Of a DNA stretch of 64,000 bases, positions 39,633 to 49,848 are shown one piece after another (position 1 is the first letter of the stretch; each line of letters starts with the position of its first letter). The DNA is from a virus (lineage: Duplodnaviria > Caudoviricetes): positions 320,001-384,000 of the IMG/VR virus record IMGVR_UViG_3300021431_000075; one strand, given 5' to 3'. The notes below the pieces were generated by a model that saw nothing but the letters and a program-made list of their open reading frames with translations, had not been told where the DNA came from and made no database searches. The position numbers were made by a program, and so were the translations under genes.

Positions 39633-42600
39633 ATGAATATTCTTTTGGAAAAAAACCATGTTCTTGATGAAGGAGTCTTGTTCGAGCAGAATATGAATAA
39701 TTATGCCACTTTGTTCAACAAGGTTAACATCTATTCAAAGCGTGGATATATGGCTTCTCTTAACGAGAGCAATAGCAGGCATTTCAGGTCGAAGTTCGGG
39801 TACAATCCCGATATTCTTTTCAGTGTTGAAGAACGTGAGTCGGTACGTGACTTGTTCTGTCAGATAAGAGCGCATCTTGTCGAGCAGATGAATCGTGAAC
39901 TTGCAGACGCTCAGGCGCAGATGATTTACGAGGGAGTCTGGGACAATATCAAGAGCGGTGTCAAGAAAGGCGTTGATGCTGTCAAGAACAAGCTTGATGC
40001 GATTTCGGAGAAGTACAAGAAAGGAATAGAACTCATCAACAAGATTATCAAAGACGGCGTCAGTTCGGTTAAGGATTTCTTATCGAAGATTGGAAAACTG
40101 TTCTCGACTCTCGGTGATAATTTCGCAGAGGTTGTCGAGAAACTTGGTGGGGGTTCTAAGGATGAAACCGCTGAGGATGATTCTGTTTCCCTGAACATAA
40201 ACAAGGCATATCTTGAAGTTGTTCCTGAAAACCAGAGAACTGTGTTCGGACATGTTATCGAATACATTGTCGAGATGTTCAAGAATGACAAGGACAAGGC
40301 AAAGCAGCTTGTGAACGAGGGCTTTGTTGACGCTGTGGCAAAGAACAAGGTTCTTCAGTTCATTATCGGTCATAGGGAAGGAAAGCAGTGGGGATGGTGG
40401 CATACCATTCTTGTTTCCATTATCGGTTCGTTCATCGTTTCTGTCATTCTTCCGATGTCTTTGTGCCTGTTCGGAATTGGCGGTTCGGCTGCGGCTGTTA
40501 TCTGCACGACTGTTGCCTGTGTGTGGTGCGGGCGCGGTTTGTTCAAGGTTCTTCTCAACAGATATCTGAACAAGGATCCGAAAGAGCGTTTCTTGGACAA
40601 GTGGACTGTTCTTGGCATATTCTTGTCTGTGGTTCCTGTCGTCGTGTTCAGGATTCCGGCGGTTCAGGATTTTATGCATGACTGTATCAAGGGGCTTTTC
40701 GAGTCGCTTGGTCTTGATAAGGCGATTGACAAGATTGAGGATTTTCTTACTTCCATTTATAAGCATTTTGCAGGGAAGAGTGTCGAGGAAGTCGATACTG
40801 TGAAGACCGGCGAATGGATTAAGGAGAGAGTCGAGTCGATTGCGAATGCCGGCGACACACATACTTCATTGATGGGAAGCGGTGGAGCGCATGCGTATAT
40901 TGACAGCCTGTTCAACGGAAAGAGTGATTTGAACTCTTTTACTGGAAAGGTCAGCGAGTTGAAGTCTTGGCTTGAGACTATCGCCGATGCAAAATGGACA
41001 AGTTCTACACAGATGCTGAATCATCTCCCTGAATTGTCAGGAAATGCTCCATTGACTACGGTTCTTGACGGAAACACATTCCAGCATGTTCCGAGAGAGG
41101 CATTGAGCAATGCGATTAAGGAGTTGTCCGGTCAGATGGGAATTCACTGCGAGCTTATCAACGCGTCGAACGATGCATTGAGAGACGCCACTCATAATAT
41201 GGCTGGAACTTCATTCGTTCTGGTTGCTGATGCGAATCCGACTTCGGAGAATGCGGCAATGCTCAATGATTTGATTAGAAAGACTGCGGAAAAGCTGGGT
41301 ATTCATAATGTAACGACATTCGGAAAGATTATGAATAACATTACAGATTTCGAGGAAGTTTTCCATGAGACGATTATCAACAATAAGACCATCCATACGC
41401 TGGTGGATACGATTGCAAGTTGCTTTACTCCGGTGTTCTGTCCGTTCTTTGACGAGAAGAAGTGGGGCGACTACAAGTTGAGTCTCGGTTCCAACGCGTC
41501 AGGTTATTCTGCTTATACGGTTACGAAGGTCGAGCATATGAAGTTCGACAAGGTTGTCGAGCTTGATTCTACGAACATGGCGATTCCTCTGCTTGTGAAG
41601 CATAGCGATGATGTTCTCAAGCAGCAGAGGGATATGCTTGTGAACAGCTATAAGGATGAAGCGAAGAAGACAGACGGCAAGCTTTCCACTGCTGTCAAGA
41701 AGTTCTTCAAGATTGAGACCAAGAAGTACAACGAGAGCACGAATATCGAGAAGCATGACATGGTTGTCATCTATGTTTCCGGGACTGTGAAGTACAGGAC
41801 GAAGGACGGAGAGAGAAAAGAAAAGGAATTGAAGAACGTTCCGGCTGTTGCTCTTGATATGAACACGATGATGTGTGTGGATATTGCGCCGTGGTTCAAA
41901 AAGCGCAGGAAAGTTCCATATTTTATGAAAGGCTTGTTCAGCAGGCTTGATTTCATGCCTGTTAAGAAAGATGACAACGACACGAAGGAGTTCATCCATA
42001 ATATGCTTGAAAAGACGATGGAGACCGCTTGTAAGTTCTGTGTTACATACGGTGTCGGTGGCTATTATGTCGAGTATTCGAAAGAGGAAAAGAAGTATGT
42101 TCCTGTTGATAAGAAGAACGCGGATGTCAATTATTTCGACATTGGCAATCTCACGGTGAACGAGCTGTGCGATGTCATTAACGAGGTTGATAATGCAGCA
42201 TACCAGTTGCTTGATGGAAAGTACGGCAAGAGAGTGATAATGAAGACCGGCAAGGACGGAAAGATGACGAAGAAAACTGGAGAGAACAATAACCTTATCG
42301 AGAAGAAGAGATATTCGAAGAAAGACGGAAAGTTCGTCGAGGATAAGAACGGCAAGTATGACTATATAGACGCGGTTGTGATTCCGTATATCTCAAGAAA
42401 GAAGTCGGCTGTTTATAAGGAACTTGCTGCTGACGAGGATGTTGCTGAAATCATCTTGACGAAAGACGGAGACATCGACACTTCTATCATAAATGATAAG
42501 GAGTTGAATCTGAAGCAGTTCCTATATAGACCGGGAAAGACCTTCGGAAAAGAAGACAAGGTCAATCTTGTGAACTCCATCAACAAGTATCTCAAGGGAA

Positions 42601-42719
42601 GAAGTCGCAAGGAGAAGCTTGATGCATACAATGTTGTTAAGAGGATGATTGAGATTATCTGGCGCAATATGTCCGAGACGATTAGAAAGAACCGGGCAAA
42701 GAGAGTCAAGGAGTCTTGA
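39633..42719 (+). CDS. large putative internal virion/ejection protein with hydrophobic segments
   Basis: 1028 aa; several (L/I/V)xE motifs; hydrophobic helices at about aa 255-340. Confidence 0.6.
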   Translation: MNILLEKNHVLDEGVLFEQNMNNYATLFNKVNIYSKRGYMASLNESNSRHFRSKFGYNPDILFSVEERESVRDLFCQIRAHLVEQMNRELADAQAQMIYEGVWDNIKSGVKKGVDAVKNKLDAISEKYKKGIELINKIIKDGVSSVKDFLSKIGKLFSTLGDNFAEVVEKLGGGSKDETAEDDSVSLNINKAYLEVVPENQRTVFGHVIEYIVEMFKNDKDKAKQLVNEGFVDAVAKNKVLQFIIGHREGKQWGWWHTILVSIIGSFIVSVILPMSLCLFGIGGSAAAVICTTVACVWCGRGLFKVLLNRYLNKDPKERFLDKWTVLGIFLSVVPVVVFRIPAVQDFMHDCIKGLFESLGLDKAIDKIEDFLTSIYKHFAGKSVEEVDTVKTGEWIKERVESIANAGDTHTSLMGSGGAHAYIDSLFNGKSDLNSFTGKVSELKSWLETIADAKWTSSTQMLNHLPELSGNAPLTTVLDGNTFQHVPREALSNAIKELSGQMGIHCELINASNDALRDATHNMAGTSFVLVADANPTSENAAMLNDLIRKTAEKLGIHNVTTFGKIMNNITDFEEVFHETIINNKTIHTLVDTIASCFTPVFCPFFDEKKWGDYKLSLGSNASGYSAYTVTKVEHMKFDKVVELDSTNMAIPLLVKHSDDVLKQQRDMLVNSYKDEAKKTDGKLSTAVKKFFKIETKKYNESTNIEKHDMVVIYVSGTVKYRTKDGERKEKELKNVPAVALDMNTMMCVDIAPWFKKRRKVPYFMKGLFSRLDFMPVKKDDNDTKEFIHNMLEKTMETACKFCVTYGVGGYYVEYSKEEKKYVPVDKKNADVNYFDIGNLTVNELCDVINEVDNAAYQLLDGKYGKRVIMKTGKDGKMTKKTGENNNLIEKKRYSKKDGKFVEDKNGKYDYIDAVVIPYISRKKSAVYKELAADEDVAEIILTKDGDIDTSIINDKELNLKQFLYRPGKTFGKEDKVNLVNSINKYLKGRSRKEKLDAYNVVKRMIEIIWRNMSETIRKNRAKRVKES

Positions 42720-42746
42720 TTTTCAAATAGTTGTGTTTTTGCATAG

Positions 42747-42781
42747 CAGGATTCGGTTGATGAAACCGAATCCTGTTTTTT
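42747..42781 (+). terminator. intrinsic terminator
   Basis: caggattcggtt/aaccgaatcctg plus T run. Confidence 0.85.
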
Positions 42782-42825
42782 GTTGTCGATGAAAATAAAT
42801 ATCTTATGAAATGTTTGGTTGCACA

Positions 42826-44523
42826 ATGATGGAATTTCCATATAGAAAGAACTTATATTTGAATGAAGGTTTGATGGATGATGTTGAAGTAGACGAAGTT
42901 GTTGATGACATTGAAGATGCTGATTGTGACGGTAATCGTGTCATTATATATGTAAATTATACGAAATGTACAAAAGACTTGGAATATTTCACAAGATGCT
43001 TAAACAAGTGGAGCGTGTGTGGAAATGTTAGAGTGGAGAATATTTCGGATGGCAAGTTCTCTGTTGATTTCATCTTGGGTGACAACGTGTCTCTTGAAGA
43101 TTTTTGTATATTGATCTGCATGTTGATTATGCCAAGTTTGCCTGCTTCGAGCGTAGAGATTGAAAATGATTCGGTATCTCCATTTCAATGCAAGTTTAAC
43201 CCATGTTTATATGACTCAATGGAGTTGTCTCTGATTTATGTAGATAGATTTTGTAAGTTTTTCAAGTGTTATTATCCAGATGCTTCAGATAAGGAAATAA
43301 TAGATACTTTTGTTAGAAAATATGTAAGGCTGAAACCAAATAGAGAAAAATATACGAACGTTGTCAAGTTTTTTGATGATGACAATATAACGAATGAAGA
43401 TGACAATGGAAGAGCCGTAATCGTAGACGAAAACGGAAAATTTATTTCTAACGAACCGCTTAATGATTGTACGGGGTTTTGTGAGGGGTTTTCAGTAGTT
43501 AAACGTAACAAGAAGTACAATTATATGGATAAGCATGGTAATCTGTTGTCAGAAATATGGTTTGATTGCTGTTATGGTTTTAAAAATGGATTTGGTGTCG
43601 TTAAAATAGGGAATACTGAAAATTACATAGATAAAGATGGAAACTATTTATTGTCTAAATGGTATGATAGTTGTTCCAACTTCTATAAAGAGGGTTTTGC
43701 TACCATAGAATTAAAAAACAAATATAACTTTGTGGATACAAGCGGAAAGGTTATTTCATCTATGTGGTTTGATGAAGTATCTGGTGATAATGGAGAAGGA
43801 TTTGTTGCTGTAAGAAAGAAAAACAAATGGAACTATGTTGATGTAACAGGGAATATTCTGTCAAAAGATTTGTGGTTTACTCAATGCTTAAAATTTGTTG
43901 GAAGGTTTGCTAAAGTTAAAATCGGAAGATATTGGAATTTTATAGACAAGGACGGTAAACTTCTGTTAGACGAAACAAAGTTTCAATCGATTGGCAACTT
44001 TAGTGACGGTTTTGCAAAAGTTGAACTGAAAAACAAATGTAATTATATAAATGAAAGTGGTGAAATCGTATTCGATACATGGTATTATGGATGTTTTGAC
44101 TTTATGGAAGGATTTGCTGCTGTTATTAAATCGCCGAATGTACGAAATTTCATAGACAAGAACGGACGGATAATTTCTCCTGATTTGTGGTTTGGTTATT
44201 GTGACTATTTCAAGAATGGTTTTGCGATAGTAATTAACGAAGTTGACGGCAATGTAAGTAAAAGAAATTTTATAGACACGAATGGAAAACTGATTTCTAA
44301 TAAATGGTTTGATTATGCAGATAATTTTGATGGGGGTTTTGCACTGGTGTATAATAAAACAGGAAATGATTATATATACAATTTCATAAACACGAAAGGA
44401 GAATTGATGTTGGATACATGGTCAACTGTGTATGGTGAATATGTCGTAAAAGACGGGATGGTTGTAATGTCCGATGGAAATTTATGCATTGACTCTGAAC
44501 ATAATCTTGTATTTGTCGTTTGA
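42826..44523 (+). CDS. WG-repeat protein
   Basis: repeats as in 4218-6137; late promoter 42795-42801. Confidence 0.9.
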   Translation: MMEFPYRKNLYLNEGLMDDVEVDEVVDDIEDADCDGNRVIIYVNYTKCTKDLEYFTRCLNKWSVCGNVRVENISDGKFSVDFILGDNVSLEDFCILICMLIMPSLPASSVEIENDSVSPFQCKFNPCLYDSMELSLIYVDRFCKFFKCYYPDASDKEIIDTFVRKYVRLKPNREKYTNVVKFFDDDNITNEDDNGRAVIVDENGKFISNEPLNDCTGFCEGFSVVKRNKKYNYMDKHGNLLSEIWFDCCYGFKNGFGVVKIGNTENYIDKDGNYLLSKWYDSCSNFYKEGFATIELKNKYNFVDTSGKVISSMWFDEVSGDNGEGFVAVRKKNKWNYVDVTGNILSKDLWFTQCLKFVGRFAKVKIGRYWNFIDKDGKLLLDETKFQSIGNFSDGFAKVELKNKCNYINESGEIVFDTWYYGCFDFMEGFAAVIKSPNVRNFIDKNGRIISPDLWFGYCDYFKNGFAIVINEVDGNVSKRNFIDTNGKLISNKWFDYADNFDGGFALVYNKTGNDYIYNFINTKGELMLDTWSTVYGEYVVKDGMVVMSDGNLCIDSEHNLVFVV

Positions 44524-44570
44524 TATACTTGAAAATAAAGAAAAACTGTTAAAACGTTTAATCAGGTGCA

Positions 44571-46271
44571 ATGAAATCTATATATTTGAATGAGGATTTG
44601 TTAAGAGGCATAGAAGCAGATAATGTTGAAGATAGTGATGTCTATGAAGCATGTGATGAAACACAGATATGCTTATGCTATAAGTCTAAATGCTTTTCAA
44701 CAGATTTCATGGAGAGTTACATTTCAAAGTTGTTGAATAAGTTATACGGATTCGATGAACCTAATATAGAAGTAGAAAGAAGAAACGGAATTTTGGCAGA
44801 TGTTGTTTATGTCAAATTTTGTTTGAATAAGCATATGCAACTTTCTTATTTTTGCGATGCGTTATGTCAGCTGATTGTGCCAAGAAATGCTGGCGTAGAA
44901 ATTATGATTGGTTATGATAGAGATAGTTGTTTTGGTTGTTGTCTTCATAATTCGTCTCATTCGGATTACATGATGTTGACTATTAGTCATTTTGATAGAT
45001 TTGTTGATTTTTTTAGAAATTATTTTCCTGATGTGACGGAAAAAGAAAGTTTTAATTGTTTCGTACGCTCGTTTGTGAAACATCAGAATGATGAATCTGA
45101 TTTTTGTTTGATAAGAATTCGGGATGATAAAGCATCGACTATTATTAACGAGGTCGGAGAGACGTTTATTGTAGACAAGAAAGGAAATTTTGTTTCTGAT
45201 TTGTGGTTTAATGAGATTCATGGTTTCAAAGACGGTTTTGCATTGGTCGAAAAAGATAACTTAGAGAATTTTATAGATATGAATGGAAAACTTTTATCAG
45301 ATAAATGGTTTTTAAAATGTTTTGATTTTAACGAAGGCTTTGCTCCTGTTAGGTGTTGTAGTGGTGAGTATAATTTCATAGACGAGAGTGGAGAATTTTT
45401 AATAAAGAACAATAAGTTGTTTGATAGTTGTTCTAATTTTAAATATGGTTTTGCTTGCGTTATGTCACATGATAGATATAATTTTGTTGACATGAAAGGA
45501 AACCTTCTTTCGGATATATGGTATAACGACGTGTCGAATGAGACGAAAGATGGTTTTGTGAGAGTGAAAAAGAAAAATAAGTGGAATTTTGTTGATAATA
45601 GAGGAAACGTTCTTTCTAAGGATTTGTGGTTTTCACAATGTTTGGAATTTGAGGATGGTTTTGCAGAAGTTAAGTTAAATAACAAGTGGAACTTTATTGA
45701 TAATACTGGCACGATTATTTCAAAAGATCGATGGTTTTCCGAGGTAAAGCATTTTAGTGAAGGTCTTGCTCCTGTTAAAATAAACAAGAAATGGAATTTT
45801 ATCGACACAAGCGGAAATATCGTTTTTGATGAATGGCATGATAATTGTTCATATTTTCGAGAAGGTTTTGCTGTTGTTTGCAGATATAATAGAAGAAATC
45901 AACAGACTGAACGCAATTTCATAAACAAACAAGGAGAACTTGTATCGCCGCATTTGTGGTTTGAAGGAGCAACACATTTTAAGAATGGTTTTGCGGTTGT
46001 TTCACGACGGGGCGACATGAAAAAAAATTTAATAGATACTACAGGAAAAGTCATTTCTGATAAATGGTTTGACTATGTGTATGATTTCAAAGACGGTTTC
46101 TCGTTAGTTCAAGACAGCGAACTTATTAATTATATAAACACGAAGGGAGAATTGATGTTTAACGAGTGGTTGAAAACGCCTTTATATTTTAAGCCGAAAG
46201 ATGAGATGCTTGTTTCAGTTGATGGAACTATTCGCATCAGTCCAGACCATAATTTTATAGCAACTGTTTAA
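44571..46271 (+). CDS. WG-repeat protein, tandem paralog
   Basis: repeats collinear with the previous gene. Confidence 0.9.
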   Translation: MKSIYLNEDLLRGIEADNVEDSDVYEACDETQICLCYKSKCFSTDFMESYISKLLNKLYGFDEPNIEVERRNGILADVVYVKFCLNKHMQLSYFCDALCQLIVPRNAGVEIMIGYDRDSCFGCCLHNSSHSDYMMLTISHFDRFVDFFRNYFPDVTEKESFNCFVRSFVKHQNDESDFCLIRIRDDKASTIINEVGETFIVDKKGNFVSDLWFNEIHGFKDGFALVEKDNLENFIDMNGKLLSDKWFLKCFDFNEGFAPVRCCSGEYNFIDESGEFLIKNNKLFDSCSNFKYGFACVMSHDRYNFVDMKGNLLSDIWYNDVSNETKDGFVRVKKKNKWNFVDNRGNVLSKDLWFSQCLEFEDGFAEVKLNNKWNFIDNTGTIISKDRWFSEVKHFSEGLAPVKINKKWNFIDTSGNIVFDEWHDNCSYFREGFAVVCRYNRRNQQTERNFINKQGELVSPHLWFEGATHFKNGFAVVSRRGDMKKNLIDTTGKVISDKWFDYVYDFKDGFSLVQDSELINYINTKGELMFNEWLKTPLYFKPKDEMLVSVDGTIRISPDHNFIATV

Positions 46272-46276
46272 TTATT

Positions 46277-46305
46277 TAAACTATTTTCCTGTTTTGATGT
46301 AGACT
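46277..46305 (+). promoter_or_regulatory. putative phage middle promoter
   Basis: TAAACT-N17-TAGACT. Confidence 0.65.
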
Positions 46306-46337
46306 TTCAAAGAAATGTTTTTAATGAAAGTCGTATT

Positions 46338-46742
46338 ATGAAAATGCTGAACTTAGGAACATTTAGTAAGATGAATATCGCACCAACCGATGCAAGCATA
46401 ATGGCGGCCGACGAAGAAGACAAGAAGCGTCTGGAGTTTGAAAAGACTGTCAGCAAGGATGTTGTCAATGAAATGTTCAGCAAGTTGATGAAGCATGACT
46501 TTGGTTCCAATGAAATATCAAGGTTCAATAAGGAGAACTTGACAGACATCAATGAGGCGATGAAGTCGAAAGTCATAGACGACTATACGAAGATACCTTA
46601 TTCTGAGTTTTGTGACTGGAACATTCTTCTTGACATGAATAACAGTTCCAGCAATTTCAGGAATATGCTTTCATATAAGAAAGTATGTGAGTTGAGAGAA
46701 CATATTCAGAAGTGGGTTGAAGCAAACATGAAAACAAATTAA
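46338..46742 (+). CDS. hypothetical protein
   Basis: 134 aa ORF. Confidence 0.75.
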   Translation: MKMLNLGTFSKMNIAPTDASIMAADEEDKKRLEFEKTVSKDVVNEMFSKLMKHDFGSNEISRFNKENLTDINEAMKSKVIDDYTKIPYSEFCDWNILLDMNNSSSNFRNMLSYKKVCELREHIQKWVEANMKTN

Positions 46743-46763
46743 CCACCATTAAAATAGGTTTAG

Positions 46764-47990
46764 ATGAGAACAACAGAAGATTTAAAGTTGATGTTCGAAT
46801 GTGCGATGACAAAGGCAAAGAACTTGTACTACACTACATCCGGACATGGTTCGTCAAGAGATTGCTATATTTCCGGACTATATTCTTTGTATATGAATAT
46901 GTTCGGAAGTTATCCTTATGAGTTTGAGATTTCCCAGTTTGTGTCTGTTCATTCTATTTCATATGAAGAGTTTACGAATGAAGATTACCGATTTGCAAAG
47001 AAGTATCTGTACAAGTACTCGAAGTATGTTGATGTCGATTATATAGCCACGCTTGTCAATATTAAGAATGCAAACAAGGATAACTGCTATTTGATTTCAA
47101 TGTCTGGCATTCATATGATTATCCTTGATGAATATATCGTGTACTGGACAGATGAGAGTTCATTCTCTGTGTTATGTCCGCAATACATGTCAATCGAAGA
47201 TAATATAAAGATAAAATGCAAAGAGATTCATTTTACGAACATACTGTTTACTGGTGATGTATGGAACGGTTGGTTCAAGATAAATGACTATATTGCATAT
47301 AGGAATCTTAAGAGACAGAAGGAGACGCCGTTCTATTATTATATTATTCGTACTGCCAACGGATTCGATACTACGAATATGCATATCAAGGATTATGTGA
47401 ACATAGACATTGACCAGAACTATAATGATGATTTGCCATATGACAAAATAGTGTCGTTCTTGACAAGCAAGGATGAAAGCGGTCTGGTTATTTTGCGCGG
47501 AGTTCCGGGTTCAGGAAAGACATATTTGATACGGCATTTCATCACAAACATCAAGAAAGACTTTATCATTATCAATGAGAGTTGTCTCGAATATATGAAC
47601 GATCCGTCTTTTTTGAAGATATTGATGGACCATCCGGATTCCATTATAATTCTCGAGGATTGTGAGAAGGTTTTGACAGACAGGAACAACGGAAACTATT
47701 TGATTGGGACTTTGCTGAACTTGTCAGACGGCATTATATCTGACACGTTCAATATGAAGTTTATCTGTACGTTCAATGCAGAGATGACGGATATTGACGA
47801 AGCATTGCTTAGGAAAGGAAGGCTTAAGGTCAAGTATGAGTTTGGAAAATTGTCAAAGGAGAAGACGCAGAAACTTGCAGAAAAACTCGGAAAGAATATA
47901 ACGCCGGGAGTTGAGTTGACGCTTGCTGATATATACAACTATGATGACGAGGTTGATTTCGCGACAAAGAAGAAGAAAATCGGTTTCTGA
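46764..47990 (+). CDS. AAA+ ATPase
   Basis: GVPGSGKT, IILED, ALLRKGRL, terminal KIGF. Confidence 0.9.
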   Translation: MRTTEDLKLMFECAMTKAKNLYYTTSGHGSSRDCYISGLYSLYMNMFGSYPYEFEISQFVSVHSISYEEFTNEDYRFAKKYLYKYSKYVDVDYIATLVNIKNANKDNCYLISMSGIHMIILDEYIVYWTDESSFSVLCPQYMSIEDNIKIKCKEIHFTNILFTGDVWNGWFKINDYIAYRNLKRQKETPFYYYIIRTANGFDTTNMHIKDYVNIDIDQNYNDDLPYDKIVSFLTSKDESGLVILRGVPGSGKTYLIRHFITNIKKDFIIINESCLEYMNDPSFLKILMDHPDSIIILEDCEKVLTDRNNGNYLIGTLLNLSDGIISDTFNMKFICTFNAEMTDIDEALLRKGRLKVKYEFGKLSKEKTQKLAEKLGKNITPGVELTLADIYNYDDEVDFATKKKKIGF

Positions 47991-48070
47991 TTTTTGATGT
48001 TTTTTTGTCTACGAAAAGATAAATATCTTATAATAGGTATGAGAAAGATTTTTCATTTGCGAGGCAATAT

Positions 48071-48253
48071 ATGGATGTAGTTAGAGATTATGATTATATA
48101 TTTTCAGACGTTTATCCAGATAGCGATATAATATACGAGATGACATTTGTTCTTAGCGATTATGGCGATAACAAGGAACAAAACATACTTGATGCTGCAA
48201 TATATGAAGAACTTTCGGTAGATGCAGCATGTCAGACTATGGACATGAGATAA
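48071..48253 (+). CDS. small hypothetical protein or remnant
   Basis: 60 aa after late motif 48019-48025. Confidence 0.4.
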   Translation: MDVVRDYDYIFSDVYPDSDIIYEMTFVLSDYGDNKEQNILDAAIYEELSVDAACQTMDMR

Positions 48254-48266
48254 TACAAATACGACG

Positions 48267-48533
48267 ATGGAAGATAGAATAGAAAAATTGATTCTAACGG
48301 TAACTGACAAGGAAACTGCAACCGTTTTGAAGAACGACATGGCTCTTGCTGGTGTTGACCGCAAGTTGATGAAGATTAGAGCAAACAAGAAAGAAGGAAA
48401 CTTTGTTCTTACAATCAACGAGGCACAAGAGAATATGCCGGCGATTATCAGGATGTTTAACGGTCCGGAGTACAATCTTTCACTGCAGGAGATTCAAGAT
48501 CTTCTTCATATACAGATTGTAATTAACCAATAA
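48267..48533 (+). CDS. hypothetical protein
   Basis: 88 aa ORF. Confidence 0.7.
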   Translation: MEDRIEKLILTVTDKETATVLKNDMALAGVDRKLMKIRANKKEGNFVLTINEAQENMPAIIRMFNGPEYNLSLQEIQDLLHIQIVINQ

Positions 48534-48629
48534 TGCAAACAAAAGTTAATTTTCATTGTCTAACAGTTAAACAATGTTAAAAATAGAACAAAAACTTATC
48601 AAATATTTTTGTTGTATACATTAATTTAT

Positions 48630-48637
48630 TATATTTG
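48630..48637 (+). promoter_or_regulatory. Bacteroidota-type -7 promoter element
   Basis: TATATTTG with TTTG at 48608-48611. Confidence 0.7.
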
Positions 48638-48680
48638 CATCGGTTAAGTTAATAATCATTTATAAAAAAATTAAGAAATT

Positions 48681-49229
48681 ATGTTTCTCGTTAAGTTTAA
48701 AGTTTCAAAGAACAATTCGGGTGACTACAGACCAGCAATCTGGCCGGTTGCATATCCGTACTGGCTCGTTAATGAGGATGAACATGATTTCATTATGCGA
48801 GCTTATGTTGAAGATTTTGTCGTATATAATCTTATGTGGCCGTTTTCATATGTCATAGAAACCAAGGAGGTTGACAAGATTGAGTATACTGATGAATTTC
48901 CTCAGCCTGCTTGGTATGAACCTAACAATAATATCGGAGATATTATCGATAACAAGAATTCTGACAACAAGTTGAAAAATTTGGTAAATGACGATTTGGT
49001 CGACTTATTAAAGTTGGTGAATGAGAAAGTCGGAATCACTGTTGATGATGAAGGTTTGGTTAGAATCGGTGTTGGAGGATGTGATGAGACAGCGGAGATT
49101 GAGAAGTGCTTGCAGTATCTTGACTATAAGAACAAGTATAAGGAATACGATGCGAAAGAAATCAAGATGTTGCTTAAGGAGCGTGAATCTGCACAGTATT
49201 TGATGATTGTCAAAAAATTCTACTCTTGA
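48681..49229 (+). CDS. hypothetical protein
   Basis: DYRP..WP..YPYW N-terminal domain. Confidence 0.75.
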   Translation: MFLVKFKVSKNNSGDYRPAIWPVAYPYWLVNEDEHDFIMRAYVEDFVVYNLMWPFSYVIETKEVDKIEYTDEFPQPAWYEPNNNIGDIIDNKNSDNKLKNLVNDDLVDLLKLVNEKVGITVDDEGLVRIGVGGCDETAEIEKCLQYLDYKNKYKEYDAKEIKMLLKERESAQYLMIVKKFYS

Positions 49230-49284
49230 TACAAAATCAAAATAAGAAGGTCCGGCAATTGAGTTTGCTGGACTTTTTCTTTTT

Positions 49285-49313
49285 TAAACTATTTGGTAAG
49301 TTTGTTGTATAAT
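49285..49313 (+). promoter_or_regulatory. putative phage middle promoter
   Basis: TAAACT-N17-TATAAT, directly after a terminator at 49247-49285. Confidence 0.7.
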
Positions 49314-49335
49314 TACTAAATTGTGGTTCTTCATT

Positions 49336-49848
49336 ATGACTATCAACAACATAAGCATTACAATAACAAATACAGATGTGAAAGATTTGTTCGATTGTGA
49401 CGAGTTTGAAAATGCGTTCGGTTTTGACGTGGACCCGTTAAACCAGAAGTTCAATGTCGGAGCAGATGGAGCAAGTTCATTGGTAAATGTCTTGACGAGC
49501 GGCGGATACGTTATAGTAACAGACATGACACATACTTATTCTGAAGCCAACTGGCAGAACGAGGTCAAGTCCAATCTGGTTCCATATATGTTTGAGCCGA
49601 ATATTTCGAGCGAGGATGAATATATGCAAGTCGGAAACAGGAGCGGTTTCGTTTCTTTCAGGTTATCTCTTGAAGACATAAAGAAAGCCGCGCAGACAGA
49701 AATTGGACTGTTGTTGCTTCTCAAGATGAAATATGAGGAGGATGGAAATGAATCCCTGTATTCGTTGGGTGATTCTATTGCGGCATATGCAATTCCGGAA
49801 ACTGGAAATCATCGTGCATTCATTAACTATTTAATTTACGGGAACTGA
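49336..49848 (+). CDS. hypothetical protein
   Basis: ORF after promoter. Confidence 0.75.
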   Translation: MTINNISITITNTDVKDLFDCDEFENAFGFDVDPLNQKFNVGADGASSLVNVLTSGGYVIVTDMTHTYSEANWQNEVKSNLVPYMFEPNISSEDEYMQVGNRSGFVSFRLSLEDIKKAAQTEIGLLLLLKMKYEEDGNESLYSLGDSIAAYAIPETGNHRAFINYLIYGN

